The notes below the pieces were generated by a model. The model was not told where the DNA came from and did no database searches. It was given only the letters and a program-made list of their open reading frames with translations. A stretch of DNA of 60,894 bases, the filler included. It is 7 parts of 7 records of this genome, joined end to end, with 100 filler letters (N's around TTAATTAATTAA, not from the genome) between each part and the next. Parts side by side here need not be neighbours in the genome. Positions count along the whole stretch, not along the records: positions 7,596 to 12,624 come from SRR7504441_295; positions 12,725 to 21,713 come from SRR7504441_299; positions 21,814 to 47,854 come from SRR7504441_304; 4 more parts are not named here. One strand, given 5' to 3'. How positions within the stretch are numbered: the first letter of the stretch is position 1; each line of letters begins with the position of its first letter. Of this stretch, positions 10,285 to 22,283 are shown in pieces. A program made the translations under genes and the position numbers.

Positions 10285-12624
10285 ATGCCGGGCTGGCCAC
10301 TCGGTGTGGCATTCTTGGCCATGGTGACTGCATCCACGTCCCCCGCGCCGCCCAACTGCCCGGCCGGGTGCGACGGCTGCAAGTGCACCCCAATTGCAAT
10401 CGATCCGGGCGTGAAGAGGGTGCACTATGTCACGCTTCACCACCTGGACATAGGCTGGGACGACAGCATCCACAACGTGCTCGAGATGTACCTCAACGCC
10501 AGCGGCAGCTTCGAGTGGCGGAACTCATACGCCCCGGGCTCCCGGTCCACTCAGCCCAGTGGGCTGCTCGACCGCGCCCTTGACGTGATCGACGCACTGA
10601 CTGCCCGCGGGGGGCGGGAACGATTGGTGCTCACCACCTGGAGCTATCTGATTAAAATGTACCTAGACTGCCCGCCGAGCCTGGGGCTCGAGTGCCCATC
10701 GAAGGCCCGGGTGGCCCGGATGGAGCGAGCGATCCGACGCGGGGATATCTCGTACCACGCCAACCCACTCAACAGCGAGGACGAGGCGTATGACGCACAC
10801 ACGCTCGCGGCAGCGATCGACGTCAGCCACACGCTGGATGGCCGGTTCGGCAGGGCTAATCGGAGCTTTATCGGGCAAGAAGATGACCCAGGGAGCACGC
10901 GCGGGGTTATCCCTGTTCTGGCCGGCAGGGGGGTGAAGGGGATGTACGTCGGGTACAATGACGGCTCGATGAATCTGACGCCGCTGGCCGGTGCCCCGAG
11001 ATCGCTCCAGACCATCACGCACGGGAACGGCGCCCATTCCACCTTATTCGGATTCAACTGGGTAGATCGGGCGACTGATACGTCCGCAGTCGCGCTGATT
11101 CACACGAGTGGACACGGTGGCACGGATGTCGGTGACGGCATTGTGTTTGACAATCTGGCCACCAACACTCTCGTGCTGGGCGATCTGGCCATCGCCATTC
11201 GCGGCAGCGACGACACCCCGCCTGGCTCGGGTCCTTCGCAGATCTGGTGTGATAATGCCACTGCGGCCCCTTGCAAGCGATTCGGCCACGGTGACGGCAC
11301 ACCCATCGACTCTATCGTCGCCGACTTCGCCCAGCTTGCCCGGTGGTTCCCAAAGGCGGAGGTGGTGGCGTCCGATTTTGATTCTTGGCTGCTCGATTTG
11401 GGTGCCGGGGTAGCAAAGCTGCCGAAATTTGAGGGCGAAGTGGGCGACACTTGGTGTTATGGGCTCGGGTCCGATCCTTACAAGGCCGCTGCTGGGAGGG
11501 CAATCGGCAGGGCGCGGGCTAGATACCTGCAGCAGGCCAATCCGGTGCTTGACGGGCGGTATCGTAACTTCAGTCTATTCTTCGCCAAGCATCCTGAGGA
11601 GACCTGGGGCGAGAAAACGCTCTGTCACGACGAGACTGGGCCGCGCTGGTGCGCCAATGATGTCTGGAATGCCTCCGCCCAGTGCAATCCCGTGAGTGCT
11701 GCCAGTTGGGCCGAGCAACGGAAGATTGGGCTCGAGCTGCCGCTTGAGGCACTCAAGGATCACCCGCTTTCTGAGCTTGTCAGGTCTGAACTAGAAGCAG
11801 TCAAGCGTGGTGAGGTAGAGCCTCCAGACACGGTCGGGATGGAGCGTGTAGATGACGCGCGATCGGTGCCCTGCGGTCAGAGCACGCTAAGATTTGACAG
11901 CACTGGAGCACTCCAGATGGTGGATGGCACAGAAGTTGGTCAGTTGTTTCAATTTGAGTACCACAGCTACAGCGACGCAGAGATAGATGCCGTATCAGAG
12001 GAGTACGGCACCGGAGGAGAGGAGTACTTTGGCGGTGGGTGCAACTCGAGCAGGTCGCAGACAGTGCTCCCGAGTCTCAAGGCCAGCTGGGTGGAGCAAC
12101 ACAATTCATCGCGCTGCTCTGTGGTGATGCAGCTGGCACTCGGGGGCAATGTTACTGTCGATTACGGCGCGCCGTCCTCTCTGTGGCTGCAGGTAGACGC
12201 GTTTGTCTACGGAGGCCTGAGCCTCAATGTCACGCTCACAGTGATTAACAAGCGCACAACTCGCCGCACCGAGTCGGCCGCGCTGAGGGTGGCGCCTTCC
12301 GCGGCGATAGTCGACACCCGCTCACTTGAGTTGCACAAGGTGGCTAGCTGGATATCGCCGCTTGAAGTGGCTCAGAACGGCAGCAAACATATCCACTACA
12401 TGTCTGACAGCGGTGGGGCAAGATGGAACAATGGTGCTGTGGAGCTGCATTCAATGGATGCCGGCCTGGTAGCGGTGGGCAGCGATGCTCGGCCTGTGCC
12501 TACAGTGTTCCACGTGGCATCTCCTGGAGCGACTCCCATCCCATTGGCACCGTCTGCACCGGTAGATGTGGAGCACGGCTTGTCAATCAATCTGTGGAAT
12601 AATCTCTGGAATACCAACTACGTC
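10285..12624 (+). CDS. Secreted DUF5054 / GH38-N-terminal-like glycoside hydrolase, 3'-truncated
   Basis: Signal peptide from ATG 10285; VHYVTLHHLDIGW, RGDISYHANP, DDPG.TRG, EVGDTWCYGLGSDPYK, and C-terminal NLWNNLWNTNY; intronless. Confidence 0.8.
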
Positions 12625-12724
12625 NNNNNNNNNNNNNNNNNNNNNNNNNNNNNNNNNNNNNNNNNNNNTTAATTAATTAANNNNNNNNNNNNNNNNNNNN
12701 NNNNNNNNNNNNNNNNNNNNNNNN
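12625..12724. other. Artificial contig linker
   Basis: N-run + TTAATTAATTAA + N-run. Confidence 0.99.
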
Positions 12725-14952
12725 GGGGGGGGGGGGCGGCTGGGTGAGCCCAGGGGCAGGCGATGCTTGCTGCGGCGCAGCAGCCGGCGGCGGCGGCCGA
12801 TCAGGCGGTTGGGTCGCGCGCCTCGCTGGCGGTTGAGGAGATCGCGGAGATGGTCGGACAAGAACTCGACTACTCCAAGCTGCGGCAGCTGCGGATCACA
12901 GCGCTCCGAGACCTGATGGACGCGATCAATTCGGAGAAGCTGGTGCGGCCGGCTGTGGTTGGTCTGTGATGCGCTGTGGCGGGCAGATGCTCAAGGCGGA
13001 GCTGCAGCAGCTGCCGGAGCAGGAAGGGAGGGGCCGGCAGGCTCTCATGCGCTGGTATGAGACTGGAGGCACCCAACTGCAGGCCAGACCACCGGCCCCA
13101 GCGGGGCTGAGCGAGGGGCAGGCGTATATCAAGGAGAGGATCGAGGATGCGCAGACAGTAGCCGACGCCCTTCTAGCAAGCAACTGGCAGAGCAGCACAG
13201 GCAGCAGCAAACTGGACGAGTCTGTGCTCATGGCAGATGTGAGCACCACAATGCGCGAGGATCTCAAGCAGCGGCATAGAGACGCCTCCGCGCGTGTGGC
13301 CAAGTCGAGCCGCGGTCTGGGCGAGGCCTTGATGCGGCTGGCTTGGATGGAGGACGACGTGCAGCGGTGGCGGCGGAGTCTATCAGGTGAAGCCGAGAGC
13401 GAGCCGATGCCGCAGAAGAAGCAGATTACGCAGGTCTCTGGCAGGCTGTTAGCTGGGCCCTGACTAGCGCGCTGCAGCTCCGCCGAGCAGTCAAGACACT
13501 CGAGACAGAGAACGGAAAGCTCTGGCAGGAGCTCCAGGCCATCTCTACCAGCGCCCCTGTAGAGACGGCAGCCCCGGCCCCGGCCCAGCCGACCGCTGTG
13601 GCGAACGGAGTGGCGGCCGCGGTGCTTTGCGTAGCTCAGTGCGCGGTCTGAGCCTGCTGCAGGCGAACAGGAAGAAGGAAGCGGACAAGAAGGAGCTGGC
13701 AACCGCGCGGGCTGAAGTTGACATGCTGAACGACTTGAATAAGGAGCTGGCAGCTCAGCTGCAGCAATGCCACGAGCGAGACGCTTACCATGACGACAAG
13801 CGAGAGGCTGGCAGCAGTCCGAGCAAGAAGCTTGTGGGCGAGGTCAAGCTGCTCCGGTGCCCAGCCCTGCGAGGCCGGCTGTTTATGAGGGTGATGGCAG
13901 GGCCCAGCTGAGGGAGCGCGAGAGTCAGCTGCTCCGGATCGGGAAACAGCTTGAAGTCGAGCTCAAGGAGCACGAGTGCGATTCGGTCATGCTGCGGAAC
14001 GAGCTGCGGGAGATGCGAGAGGACAAGGAGATCCTCAAGCAGGCTGCGCTCAAGTTTGACAAGGAGAAGGCCGAGCAGCAGCTGATGATCGCCGAGTGCC
14101 GCGAGTCGATGAAGGAGGGCCGGATCGAGCGCAGGCGACACGCAAAGAAGCTGCAGACGGCTGAAGCCGAGGTGGATAGACTCAAGCGAGAGCAGGCCGA
14201 TCAGCAGCAAATGAGTGCGGAGTGCGCCCGGCTGACCAAGCTGCTCGCCGTGAATGAGAAGACTCGAGCCCAGCAGGAGCTCGATATGGATCAGCTGAGA
14301 GGCGAAATGACCAACCTCCAGGCTGAGGTGGTCAAGGAGCCGCCCAGACGACCAGCTGTGAGGCCGGGCCCGGGCGAGCTCGAGCTGCAAGCCGAGCTTG
14401 ACGCCGCCGCGCGCGATATGGACGCAGTTAAGCGAGACTTCCGACAGCGGTAAGCTGGATTACTGCGAGGCGGCGGGTGGCTGAGTGTGTGGGGCTAGGT
14501 GGGACCAGGCGCTGGCCTTGTTCAAGCAATCGACGCTGCAGGAGTCAGCCAAGCACAAGATGGCGCTCCAGAAGCTCCAACTGTCTGCTGCGCATGACAG
14601 GGCGCGTGCTAGCAAGCTCCACGAACTGCTCGGGCCACTCAAGCAAGCGCTGATCCAGCTTGACCGTCTGCTGAGCGCAGACACGCCGCCGGCCGACAGG
14701 CAGGCCGAGATGCAAGCTCTGCTCACACAGATCCTCGAGCTGCTCGAACCTGTCAACCTGGAGGAAGAGTTCGAGAGCAAGCCAGAGGAGCCTGTAGAGG
14801 AGCCTGCGGGCGAGGCTTTGTTGGACCCCACGGAGGCCGGGTTTGAAAACTACATGAGGCAGATCGATCCCGTGGAGACCGGATTTGAGAATTACATGAA
14901 GAATATGGGGCTGGATCCGGTGGGCGGCGGTAATAATCCACCCGAGCTCTAA
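12725..14952 (+). CDS. Multi-exon coiled-coil protein, 5'-truncated
   Basis: Heptad-rich E/K/Q/L exons (ORFs 12763, 12966, 13627, 13857, 14485) joined by short introns; stop TAA 14950-14952. Confidence 0.7.
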
Positions 14953-15180
14953 GCTATTACCGTAATTTTCTACTGGTATCCGACGTGGGGGTTGGTCTAT
15001 AAGCATTCTATAAACGTTGTTCATTCCAATACAATCAACAATCTCTAGAGTGTAAATTGCCGTTTAATGCGGTGTCTACGAGCACTATACGAGCACCCAA
15101 TCGCCCACCTTCACTTCCACGTCCTCATGATCACGGCCTCGTTTCATCGCCACCGGTACAAGTCCGTTATCGGGCCGTGG

Positions 15181-16081
15181 ATGGCGGACAGCGCCCCGGA
15201 GACAGCGCTGGTCGCGGCGGAGGAACGCGCCCAGGTGCAGTGGCTTTGGGTACAGGTCGAGGCTGGGCCAGGCGTCGGAGCGCCAGCTGCTGCTGCTCGA
15301 GGAGCAGGTGGGCTTGATGGCGGCCGACCAGCAGCGGTGGGAGATCCAGACCGACCAGGCCCACCAGACAATCGCCGAGCTGCGCGCCCGGCTGGCCGAG
15401 GCGGCCACCCGTACCGACGCGCAGCAGCATGAGCTGATGGAGAGCAACAGAATGCTCGAGAGAGAGCTCGGGGGTGGGTAACCTGCGGGTGCGGACGGGA
15501 GGCGGGGCAGGCGGGCCGGGCCGGATGTGCCAGCCGGAGCGGGAGAGGATGAGCCAGCTGCTGGACGAATACTCGGCCCGGGCAGCGCAGGCGGAGGCAG
15601 AGCTTGTGCACTGCTGGGAACAGGCGGAGGCCGAGAAGCAGTTGCTGATGGCCAGTGTGCGCTACCTCGAGAGTCGGGTCGAGACCGAGCGGGCGGCTCG
15701 GACGGCGGTACCGGGTGTGATTGTGGGGTCTGATTTGGGGCAGGCCGAGCAGCGGCTGGTGGGCACCGGGGACAAGCTTAGGGAAGGGGTGGCGGGGCTG
15801 AGGCGGCGGCTGGAAGAGGAGGCACGGCCATCGGTGTGTGCGTGCTGGCACCAGCGTGAGGCGGGGCAGCGGCTGGACCCCGCCGGGCTAGAGATACGGC
15901 AGGCGATAGCGCGCGAACGCGAGCTACTGCTGGAAGCGGTCGGTACTTGTGTGTGTGCATGAATCACTCATTTGCTTACTTGCAGGTGTTGGGATTGTTG
16001 GATGAGGCCTCACCAGTCGGCAAACGAGTGCCTTTGGAGTCGAGCCATGCGATTCTCGATCATCCAAATAGTGGATCGTGA
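15181..16081 (+). CDS. Hypothetical coiled-coil protein
   Basis: ATG 15181 MADSAPETALVAAEERAQ; short GT-AG introns; last exon ends TGA at ~16081. Confidence 0.55.
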
Positions 16082-16300
16082 GTGTCGTGTTAAATGCTAG
16101 TCGCAAGGATTGCTATGTTGAATTCATAAGCTTACATACCCATTTGCATTATTTGCGGCAAGCAATTTATTAGCTGACCCACTACTGATGCGCTCCGTCG
16201 CTGTGTGCCTTGGCTATGCCTTGGCTGCTTCGCTAGCCCGCGCCTTCTTCAATTCTCTCAACCTAGCCCCACTCAGCCTGCCAAGCGCACTTATATATAA

Positions 16301-17628
16301 CTACCTCTGCTTCTTGTGGTCCCGCTTGATCAACCAGCTATAAAATCGCTCAAACCTGACTCGCCCCTCTCTAGCCGGGTCCATCTTGGCCGCCAACTTG
16401 CTGTGCTTGGCCTCCGAGTAACGGATAGACAGGCTCTGGCACAGCGGGACCAGCAGGTCTATCGCGAGTTCTTCCTGCCCGTCAGATAGCTGCAAGAACA
16501 TCTCGCGGACTGTGGCCTCGTCCCCACGGTCCTTGCTCCGCACCACAGGCAGCGTATGCCTGGCGGCCTTCGCACGTTCTCGCATTCCCGTGTCCAGGCC
16601 TGCCCTCTGCTCGTCCAGCGATCGATCGCTGTCGCTCTCTGGCTCGCTGGGCAGCAAGATCGCTGTTGGTGTCCTGGGTCTCAGCAGGGCCGCGGTCGTT
16701 TCGTCGCTGAAGCTCAGCTCCCTGCGCGGGAGGGAGGGCGTTGGCGTCTTTGGCCGCGCTGGATGCACCTTGGCACAGCTGCTCGGGGATGCTGTTTCCA
16801 TCCCAGCGGCCTGCTGTAGCACCGCCTCTGCGAGCCCAGCAAGCGCTCTATCTAACAGCACCAGCACCGCCAGCGCCAGCATCCCGACCAGACCCACAAG
16901 CAGCACGATCGCACCGCCCTTGCCGCCTGTAGACTCCGGGCCGTCACGCCCAAGCCCCGCGGTGGTCAGGCTCATTGCTAAGTAGTACAGGGCGTCCGGT
17001 GCACTCCACCCGCGCTCCAGACTAAGCAGCATCGGCAGGCTGCCCCAGCTCAGCCCCACACAGGGCAAGCTCACCCAGCTAGGAACAGCCCAGCCCCCAC
17101 GAAGAGAGGCATCCGGATCCCGAGTCCTGCCTGGCTCCACTCACTCCACTGCCGCCGGCCCGGCCGCGACACCAGCTGCCAGGATCGTCAGCCGCATCCC
17201 CACCCGCGGCCACCTTTCTGAACGCGTCCGCCCGCCGCGCCACCGCCGTATCGCACAGCACCACCGCCAGCAGCACCCCCGCCAGCCCACAGAGCCCAGC
17301 CGCCAATACGGCCAGTCCGCGCTGCTCCGGCCGGACAGGCCCTACCACCCACGCTGGCCAGCGGCCCAGTCGGCGCGCACCGAGCCCGACCGACGACTGA
17401 AGCTGCGCCCACACGTAGAACCCGTCCAACGCGCTGGTCCGCCGCTGGAGCAGGCAGCAGAGCAGCCCACCCCCGGAAAACAGCGCCTGCCCGGCCTCGA
17501 CGGCCGGCCAGCCGAGCGGGCACCGCCGCTGCGAGTCTGAGCCCGACCGCAGGCCTGTGCGGTTCGGGCAAGTAGGGCAGGAGCCCCGAGAGGTCGAGCA
17601 GCGCCCCGGGCGGAGGCCCGGTGCTCAT
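16301..17628 (-). CDS. Two-pore-domain (4TM/2P) potassium-channel-like protein with C-terminal EF-hand-like pair (TPK-like)
   Basis: After removing four short introns: pore 1 DGFYVWAQLQSSVGLG, pore 2 DALYYLAMSLTTAGLG, flanking TM helices, tail MDPAREGRVRFERFYSWL. Confidence 0.75.
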
Positions 17629-17669
17629 CCCAATATATATAGAATGTCGTTGGAGGAATCAGGAGCCCC
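17629..17669. promoter_or_regulatory. Putative minimal bidirectional promoter with a TATATATA element
   Basis: The only AT island (caatatatatagaa) between the divergent ATGs of the K-channel-like and ankyrin genes. Confidence 0.45.
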
Positions 17670-19209
17670 ATGCAGCAGGTGGTGCATCGCGGGGTGGCGC
17701 TGCCCAACTTCGAGCAGTGGCGGCCGGCCCGGCAGCACCGCCCGTCTGTCAGCCCGCCCTGCAGTCCGCCCGCAACCGGTGGCGCTTGGCGATACGGGCG
17801 CAAGCCGCGGGGTCCGGACGGCAAATACCTGCACACAGACGCAACCGGACGCGGGCTGTGGGCCCCAGGGGAGCCGGCCAGCGCCCCCGGGAGGGCGCCG
17901 GCTGTGCAACCCGTGGTGGTAGAGCTGCCAGACCTGCCGGAGCCGGTGCCGGCGACCCAGTGGGAGCTGGAGCTCGCAGCAGATTCGAGCCAAGTGCTGC
18001 CTGCGGCAGTCGCCCAGGCCTGTACCCAGGTGACCAAACCGGGCAGCCTTAGGGGCTGAGGCCGGGCAGGCCATCGGGTGTGAGGTGCGCACCCGGAGCA
18101 TCCGACCGATCGGCGCTGGCGACCACTGCGTCGCCAGGATCGAGCTGGGGGCTGCGGAGGTGGCGCCGTGGGGACTGCACGGTCGCGTGGTCGCCGGCGG
18201 GCTGGTGGTGTGTGTGAGCCCTGCGCAACGGTTTGCTCATGTGATAAATGACTCGGCCGAACCGGAGGAATTGATTGGGGCGCATCCGCTGGTCCGGGCA
18301 GCAACGGGATCCAGCGAAGCGATCGAGCAGGTTGAGCTACTCCTGCGGAGCGAGAAGCCCAGCAGCCTGCCTGGGCCGCTCGCGCTATACTTGGCCTGCA
18401 AATACACCGACGAACCCAGGTGCGCATGGAATGTGACTAAATCACTCGGGTGTGGCAGTGTGGTGCCGCTGCTGCTCGCGCACTTCCCCGAGGCAGCAAG
18501 TCAACCTAGCAGAGTCAAAGACTACCCCATCCACGCAGCTTGTTGCAACCGCCGGCACGCGGCAGACCTCGTGACAACGCTGCTAGACTGGTTCCCGGGA
18601 GCGGCCTGGCAGCGCAACAGGTTTGGTCAGCTGCCAATTCATGTAGCTTGCTCAACAGGTGTTGGAATTGCTGTGCTCAAGTCCCTGCAGAAAGCAGCTC
18701 CCAGTTCGTTGGGACAGGTTGATCATGAGGGGAACTTACCCCTGCACGCTGCAGCCACCAATAGCGAGCCCGGTTGGCTCACCACAGTAGCATTCGATTT
18801 TTACAAAGTGGATCTAGCACCCAGAGCACTGTTAAGGCAGAACCATGGCGGTTTGACAGTGCTCCACTTGGCGGCTTGGCACAATTGCAGTGCACAAGAT
18901 GTCATGGGCCTGCTAGTTCGAGACGAAGCTGCCGCTTTGCTGGACCCGCCTAACACGCACCGCGAGACACTGCTTCACTCAGCAGTGAGAAATAATCAAG
19001 GAATTGCCTTGGAGTTGGTGAAGGAGTTGCTCAACATGGAGCCTAAGCTGCTACACGCTAAGGACGCCAAAGGCCGGACAGTTTCAGATGTAGCTGCAGT
19101 TGAAGCGCTGGATCCAGCTGTGCTTGACTACCTAGTTCACGAAGCTGGTGCCTTTAGACGGAAAGTGTACCGTGACAAACTGCAGGTGGCAACTCACAGA
19201 CCAACTTAG
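17670..19209 (+). CDS. Ankyrin-repeat protein
   Basis: Repeats YPIHAAC, GQLPIHVAC, GNLPLHAAA, GLTVLHLAA, ETLLHSAV; 5' exon from ATG 17670 (17644 is an alternative). Confidence 0.85.
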
Positions 19210-19987
19210 AGATTCCAATTTCGACGATGAGGAACCATCACGCTGTCATCGAATCTGTGAGAGCAAGCCATGCTCCAGATAATTTTGCTGGCACGATGTA
19301 TGCTAGCGAGCTTACTTCTGATCAGGTATCAGGCCCCGTGCTGGACGGGCCCAGCAAAGAGTTGATACCGACTGAAGCCCTGCAATTGACAGTACACGCT
19401 GACATAGGGTCGGATGTTGTCTTTGCCCGCCTGACCATCAAGCATCAACCTCATGAGAGAGCCTGGCCGTCACCACAGCGGCGCAGGTGGATCCCAGGGC
19501 GACGGTAGTGCCAAACTTGACTTGTCCGTGGGCGTCCAGGTGCATCCGATACCTTAGAAACCCCGGTTGCCTATTTTCAAAGGAGTGTGGGCACCGCCAC
19601 GACGCGCCATCAAACTCAAACAACGCCGCACCTGATGACCACCCGACGAGCACGCGCGGACCGTTTGCCGACACCTACACCGTCGAATTTGCCCCCTGGT
19701 TAGCTGCCGCTTCGGCCTGGTCGAGTGTCCTTCGTAGCTCACGGGCCTCAAGTTGCTTCATCGTTTTCGTCAGCTCCTCATTCAGTACGTCAAACTGGTC
19801 ATTGAGCCCCCGACTTTGTGACATCAAAGTCTGTTGAACTTCTCTACAGTCACGCCTGATCCTGTTGCGCTTAGCCTGTTTACAATCTCAAGATTTTCGG
19901 GATCTGCATATGGCAGCGGCCTTGCCATCGCGCTGCATGGCACCGAAGGCTTATCGCATGTTGTGTCGGCTCACTGATCCTTGTCAT
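19206..19987 (-). CDS. Hypothetical multi-exon protein
   Basis: Coiled-coil exon (NRIRRDCREVQQTLMSQSRGLNDQFDVLNEELTK), a further exon 19438-19674, and a GTAAGC...CTCACAG intron near the 3' end; exon structure uncertain. Confidence 0.35.
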
Positions 19988-20217
19988 GGCAGAAATATTG
20001 GCGATTGGAGTCTCTGATGTCGGCCCTCTGTCAGTCGGAGAACTTAGAATTTATATAAGAATTTAATATGTATGGTGTATCGGAGTGTTGCTCGACAGCA
20101 CAGTGATATAAAGTAGATATCCTTAGTATCGAGGTTAAGACTCTGAATTGTGGTGCTCAGGTTCAGCCACAGGTTAGCAACCTGCTGCGGCAATACCACC
20201 AATCTGGTCGCCTTCAG

Positions 20218-20565
20218 ATAAACACAGCGACCCAATTTCTTGAGGACAGAAACAGACTTAGCCCTTTGAGTCCTCTGAGTTTTAGTTCAAGCCCACGGAG
20301 CCCGTTGAGTCTCGGATCTGGGTCACCCTTGGTCTCACCTCGCACCCCCTTTGACCTCCCAGGCAGTCCCTACGATGATCCTACTGCGATCAGCCCCAGA
20401 GCGCGCCGAGGTCGTCAAGGAAGTCTCAACAATCAATTAGCAGGTCTTGTAGATACCAACGACTCCAACTTCGATCTCGATAGCCCGCTTTGTAACGCAC
20501 CGATCTTTAAAGGTCTGGCATCTCCCAAAAACGAGAGCAGAAGATCAGCGCTGCGACAACCCTGA
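20218..20565 (+). CDS. Ser/Pro-rich hypothetical protein (terminal exon)
   Basis: Open frame after an acceptor at ~20217 with many SP/TP sites; 5' exons unresolved. Confidence 0.45.
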   Translation: MNTATQFLEDRNRLSPLSPLSFSSSPRSPLSLGSGSPLVSPRTPFDLPGSPYDDPTAISPRARRGRQGSLNNQLAGLVDTNDSNFDLDSPLCNAPIFKGLASPKNESRRSALRQP

Positions 20566-20969
20566 CACTAGCCGTGCATGTACATTGATTAGGTCCATAA
20601 ATAATTTAAATAAGGGTGCAAACATTATCTACATACACTCATGTAGCGTAAATGCATGAATCGGTCACATGAACGGATTACATGTAGCCAATTATGCAAT
20701 CCATGTATCCATAGAATCAGAGGATTGACTTCTCGCGATCGATTTCTCGATTTTCGTGTAACCATTTTCTCGATTTCTCGTTTTTACTGTAGTTACTATT
20801 TTCATGTACGTACATATACATGTACATGGGATTCATGCACCTCTTATCCTCTTATAACATCCAGGCTATCTCCATTTGTTGAAATTACCTTGAAGTCGTT
20901 CCTCGAACACCTGGAACCTTCTTTCAACACCATTTATAGCACGTACAATCCTGCATGACCCAGGTGACT

Positions 20970-21713
20970 TCACTCTTCCATCGTGAAGCCAATCGCCTCT
21001 GTGTACAATGCAATGCGCAGCGAATTGTTCAGCACCTCCTTGTTAGGGTAAAGCGGCAAGTCCAGCCTGTTGAAGCAAGTGTGGGCCTTTGGAAGCTGGT
21101 TGCTCCACTGGTTGTCCTTTTTCTTACCTGTATATGGAATTGGCTCGATGGTGAACCTGCAAGGATCTCCTGTGCAGCACACACCCGATAAGCAAGACAC
21201 AAGCTCCTTTCACATACCGTGCCCTGCCTGGAGCCCAGCAAACCCATCCACTGGTACGACTGATGACGAGGTGACAAATTGCAGGAGTTTAGCCCGGTCT
21301 TCCTGCTCGAAAGCACCGACAACCTCCCAGAACATCTTGATGACCTGCAGTACGAGCTCAGATCATGTAGAAAGCTGGGGCAGCTTACTTTGTGCGAGGC
21401 ACTGTAATCACCGTTGTACATTGTGTGTTTCGACCAGTCCTTCACGTCAATGTTGGGCATTCCGCACATCACCAACTCGAGCTGCTGCCAATCAAACACT
21501 TGTAGCAGCTCCACCGGAATGACTTCCCAGAACCCGCCAAGAAAGGCTTTAATCTGTTCCTTCCGGCTGCCGTATACCCGCCACTGCCAAATGCAAGTCA
21601 GACCGGGGTGGCTGCAGCCCGAGTGCCTTGAGGTACAAGTTAATGTACTCATGCTTATTTGCATCTGTCACGTCAATATCTTTGCCTCCAGGTTTTAGCT
21701 CGACTTCCTCCGT
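20970..21713 (-). CDS. HECT E3 ubiquitin ligase, C-terminal part (5'-truncated)
   Basis: VELKPGGKDIDVTDANKHEYI, FLGGFWEVIP, ELVMCG, LLQFVTSS, LPKAHTCFNRLDLPLY (catalytic Cys). Confidence 0.95.
21584..21626 (-). other. GC-AG intron (43 nt) in the HECT gene
   Basis: AAG|GCACTC...CTGAC...GGCAG; needed to join EYINLYLK to WRV. Confidence 0.85.
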
Positions 21714-21813
21714 NNNNNNNNNNNNNNNNNNNNNNNNNNNNNNNNNNNNNNNNNNNNTTAATTAATTAANNNNNNNNNNNNNNNNNNNNNNNNNNNNNNN
21801 NNNNNNNNNNNNN
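21714..21813. other. Artificial contig linker
   Basis: N-run + TTAATTAATTAA + N-run. Confidence 0.99.
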
Positions 21814-22182
21814 CTGCACCGTTGAGACGAGCAGCTCGCCCGCCCTCCCAAAGGCAGCCCGGCCCACCTCCGGGTACGAGCTCCTGACTAAAACTCCTGC
21901 TGGGTCGTACATGCAGCCAGCCAGCAGGTAACCTGTGAGCCCAGCGATGGCCCCGGAGAGCCCCATGCATCCGAGGGCAGCCCACCCGACCAGCCGCTGT
22001 GCGTACGGCAGTCCGAGCAGCCCCGAGCCTTCGAGCTCGTTGAGCATGTTGAGCGCTGTGGCCAGTGTGGACGCCTTGAGCGCCGACTCGTCTGGTATCA
22101 GCCGCCGGTCGGGCTCCTCCTGCTGGGCCTCCTCGGCGAGCGGGTGGTAGCCCGCAGCCCCCAGGCCGGGCTCGCCGGACAT
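21814..22182 (-). CDS. Amino-acid transporter (Aa_trans/AAAP family), 3'-truncated
   Basis: ATG 22182; NMLNELEGSGLLGLPYA...GW, SYPEVGRAAFGRAG motifs; acidic dileucine-like EEPDRRLI in the N-terminus. Confidence 0.88.
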
Positions 22183-22283
22183 CCAGATGTAGATCGTACG
22201 GCCGGGCGGGTTCTTTATTCTTTTTTGTGACATCCGGCATCTCCGGCATCTTCCGAGCCAGTCGCTCCGATCCGGCGGCACAC

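Noticed and set aside
10102-10388. Apparent 5' overlap of the two GH ORFs (also 41850-42424)
   Set aside because: Caused by the ORF caller using GTG/TTG starts. The signal-peptide or homology-supported ATGs (10202/10285; 41950/42069) do not overlap.
14338-14379. Possible GA-AG intron interrupting a coiled coil (EPPRRPAVRPGPGE)
   Set aside because: In frame, no homology anchor, and a GT donor lies nearby; it cannot be supported without cDNA.
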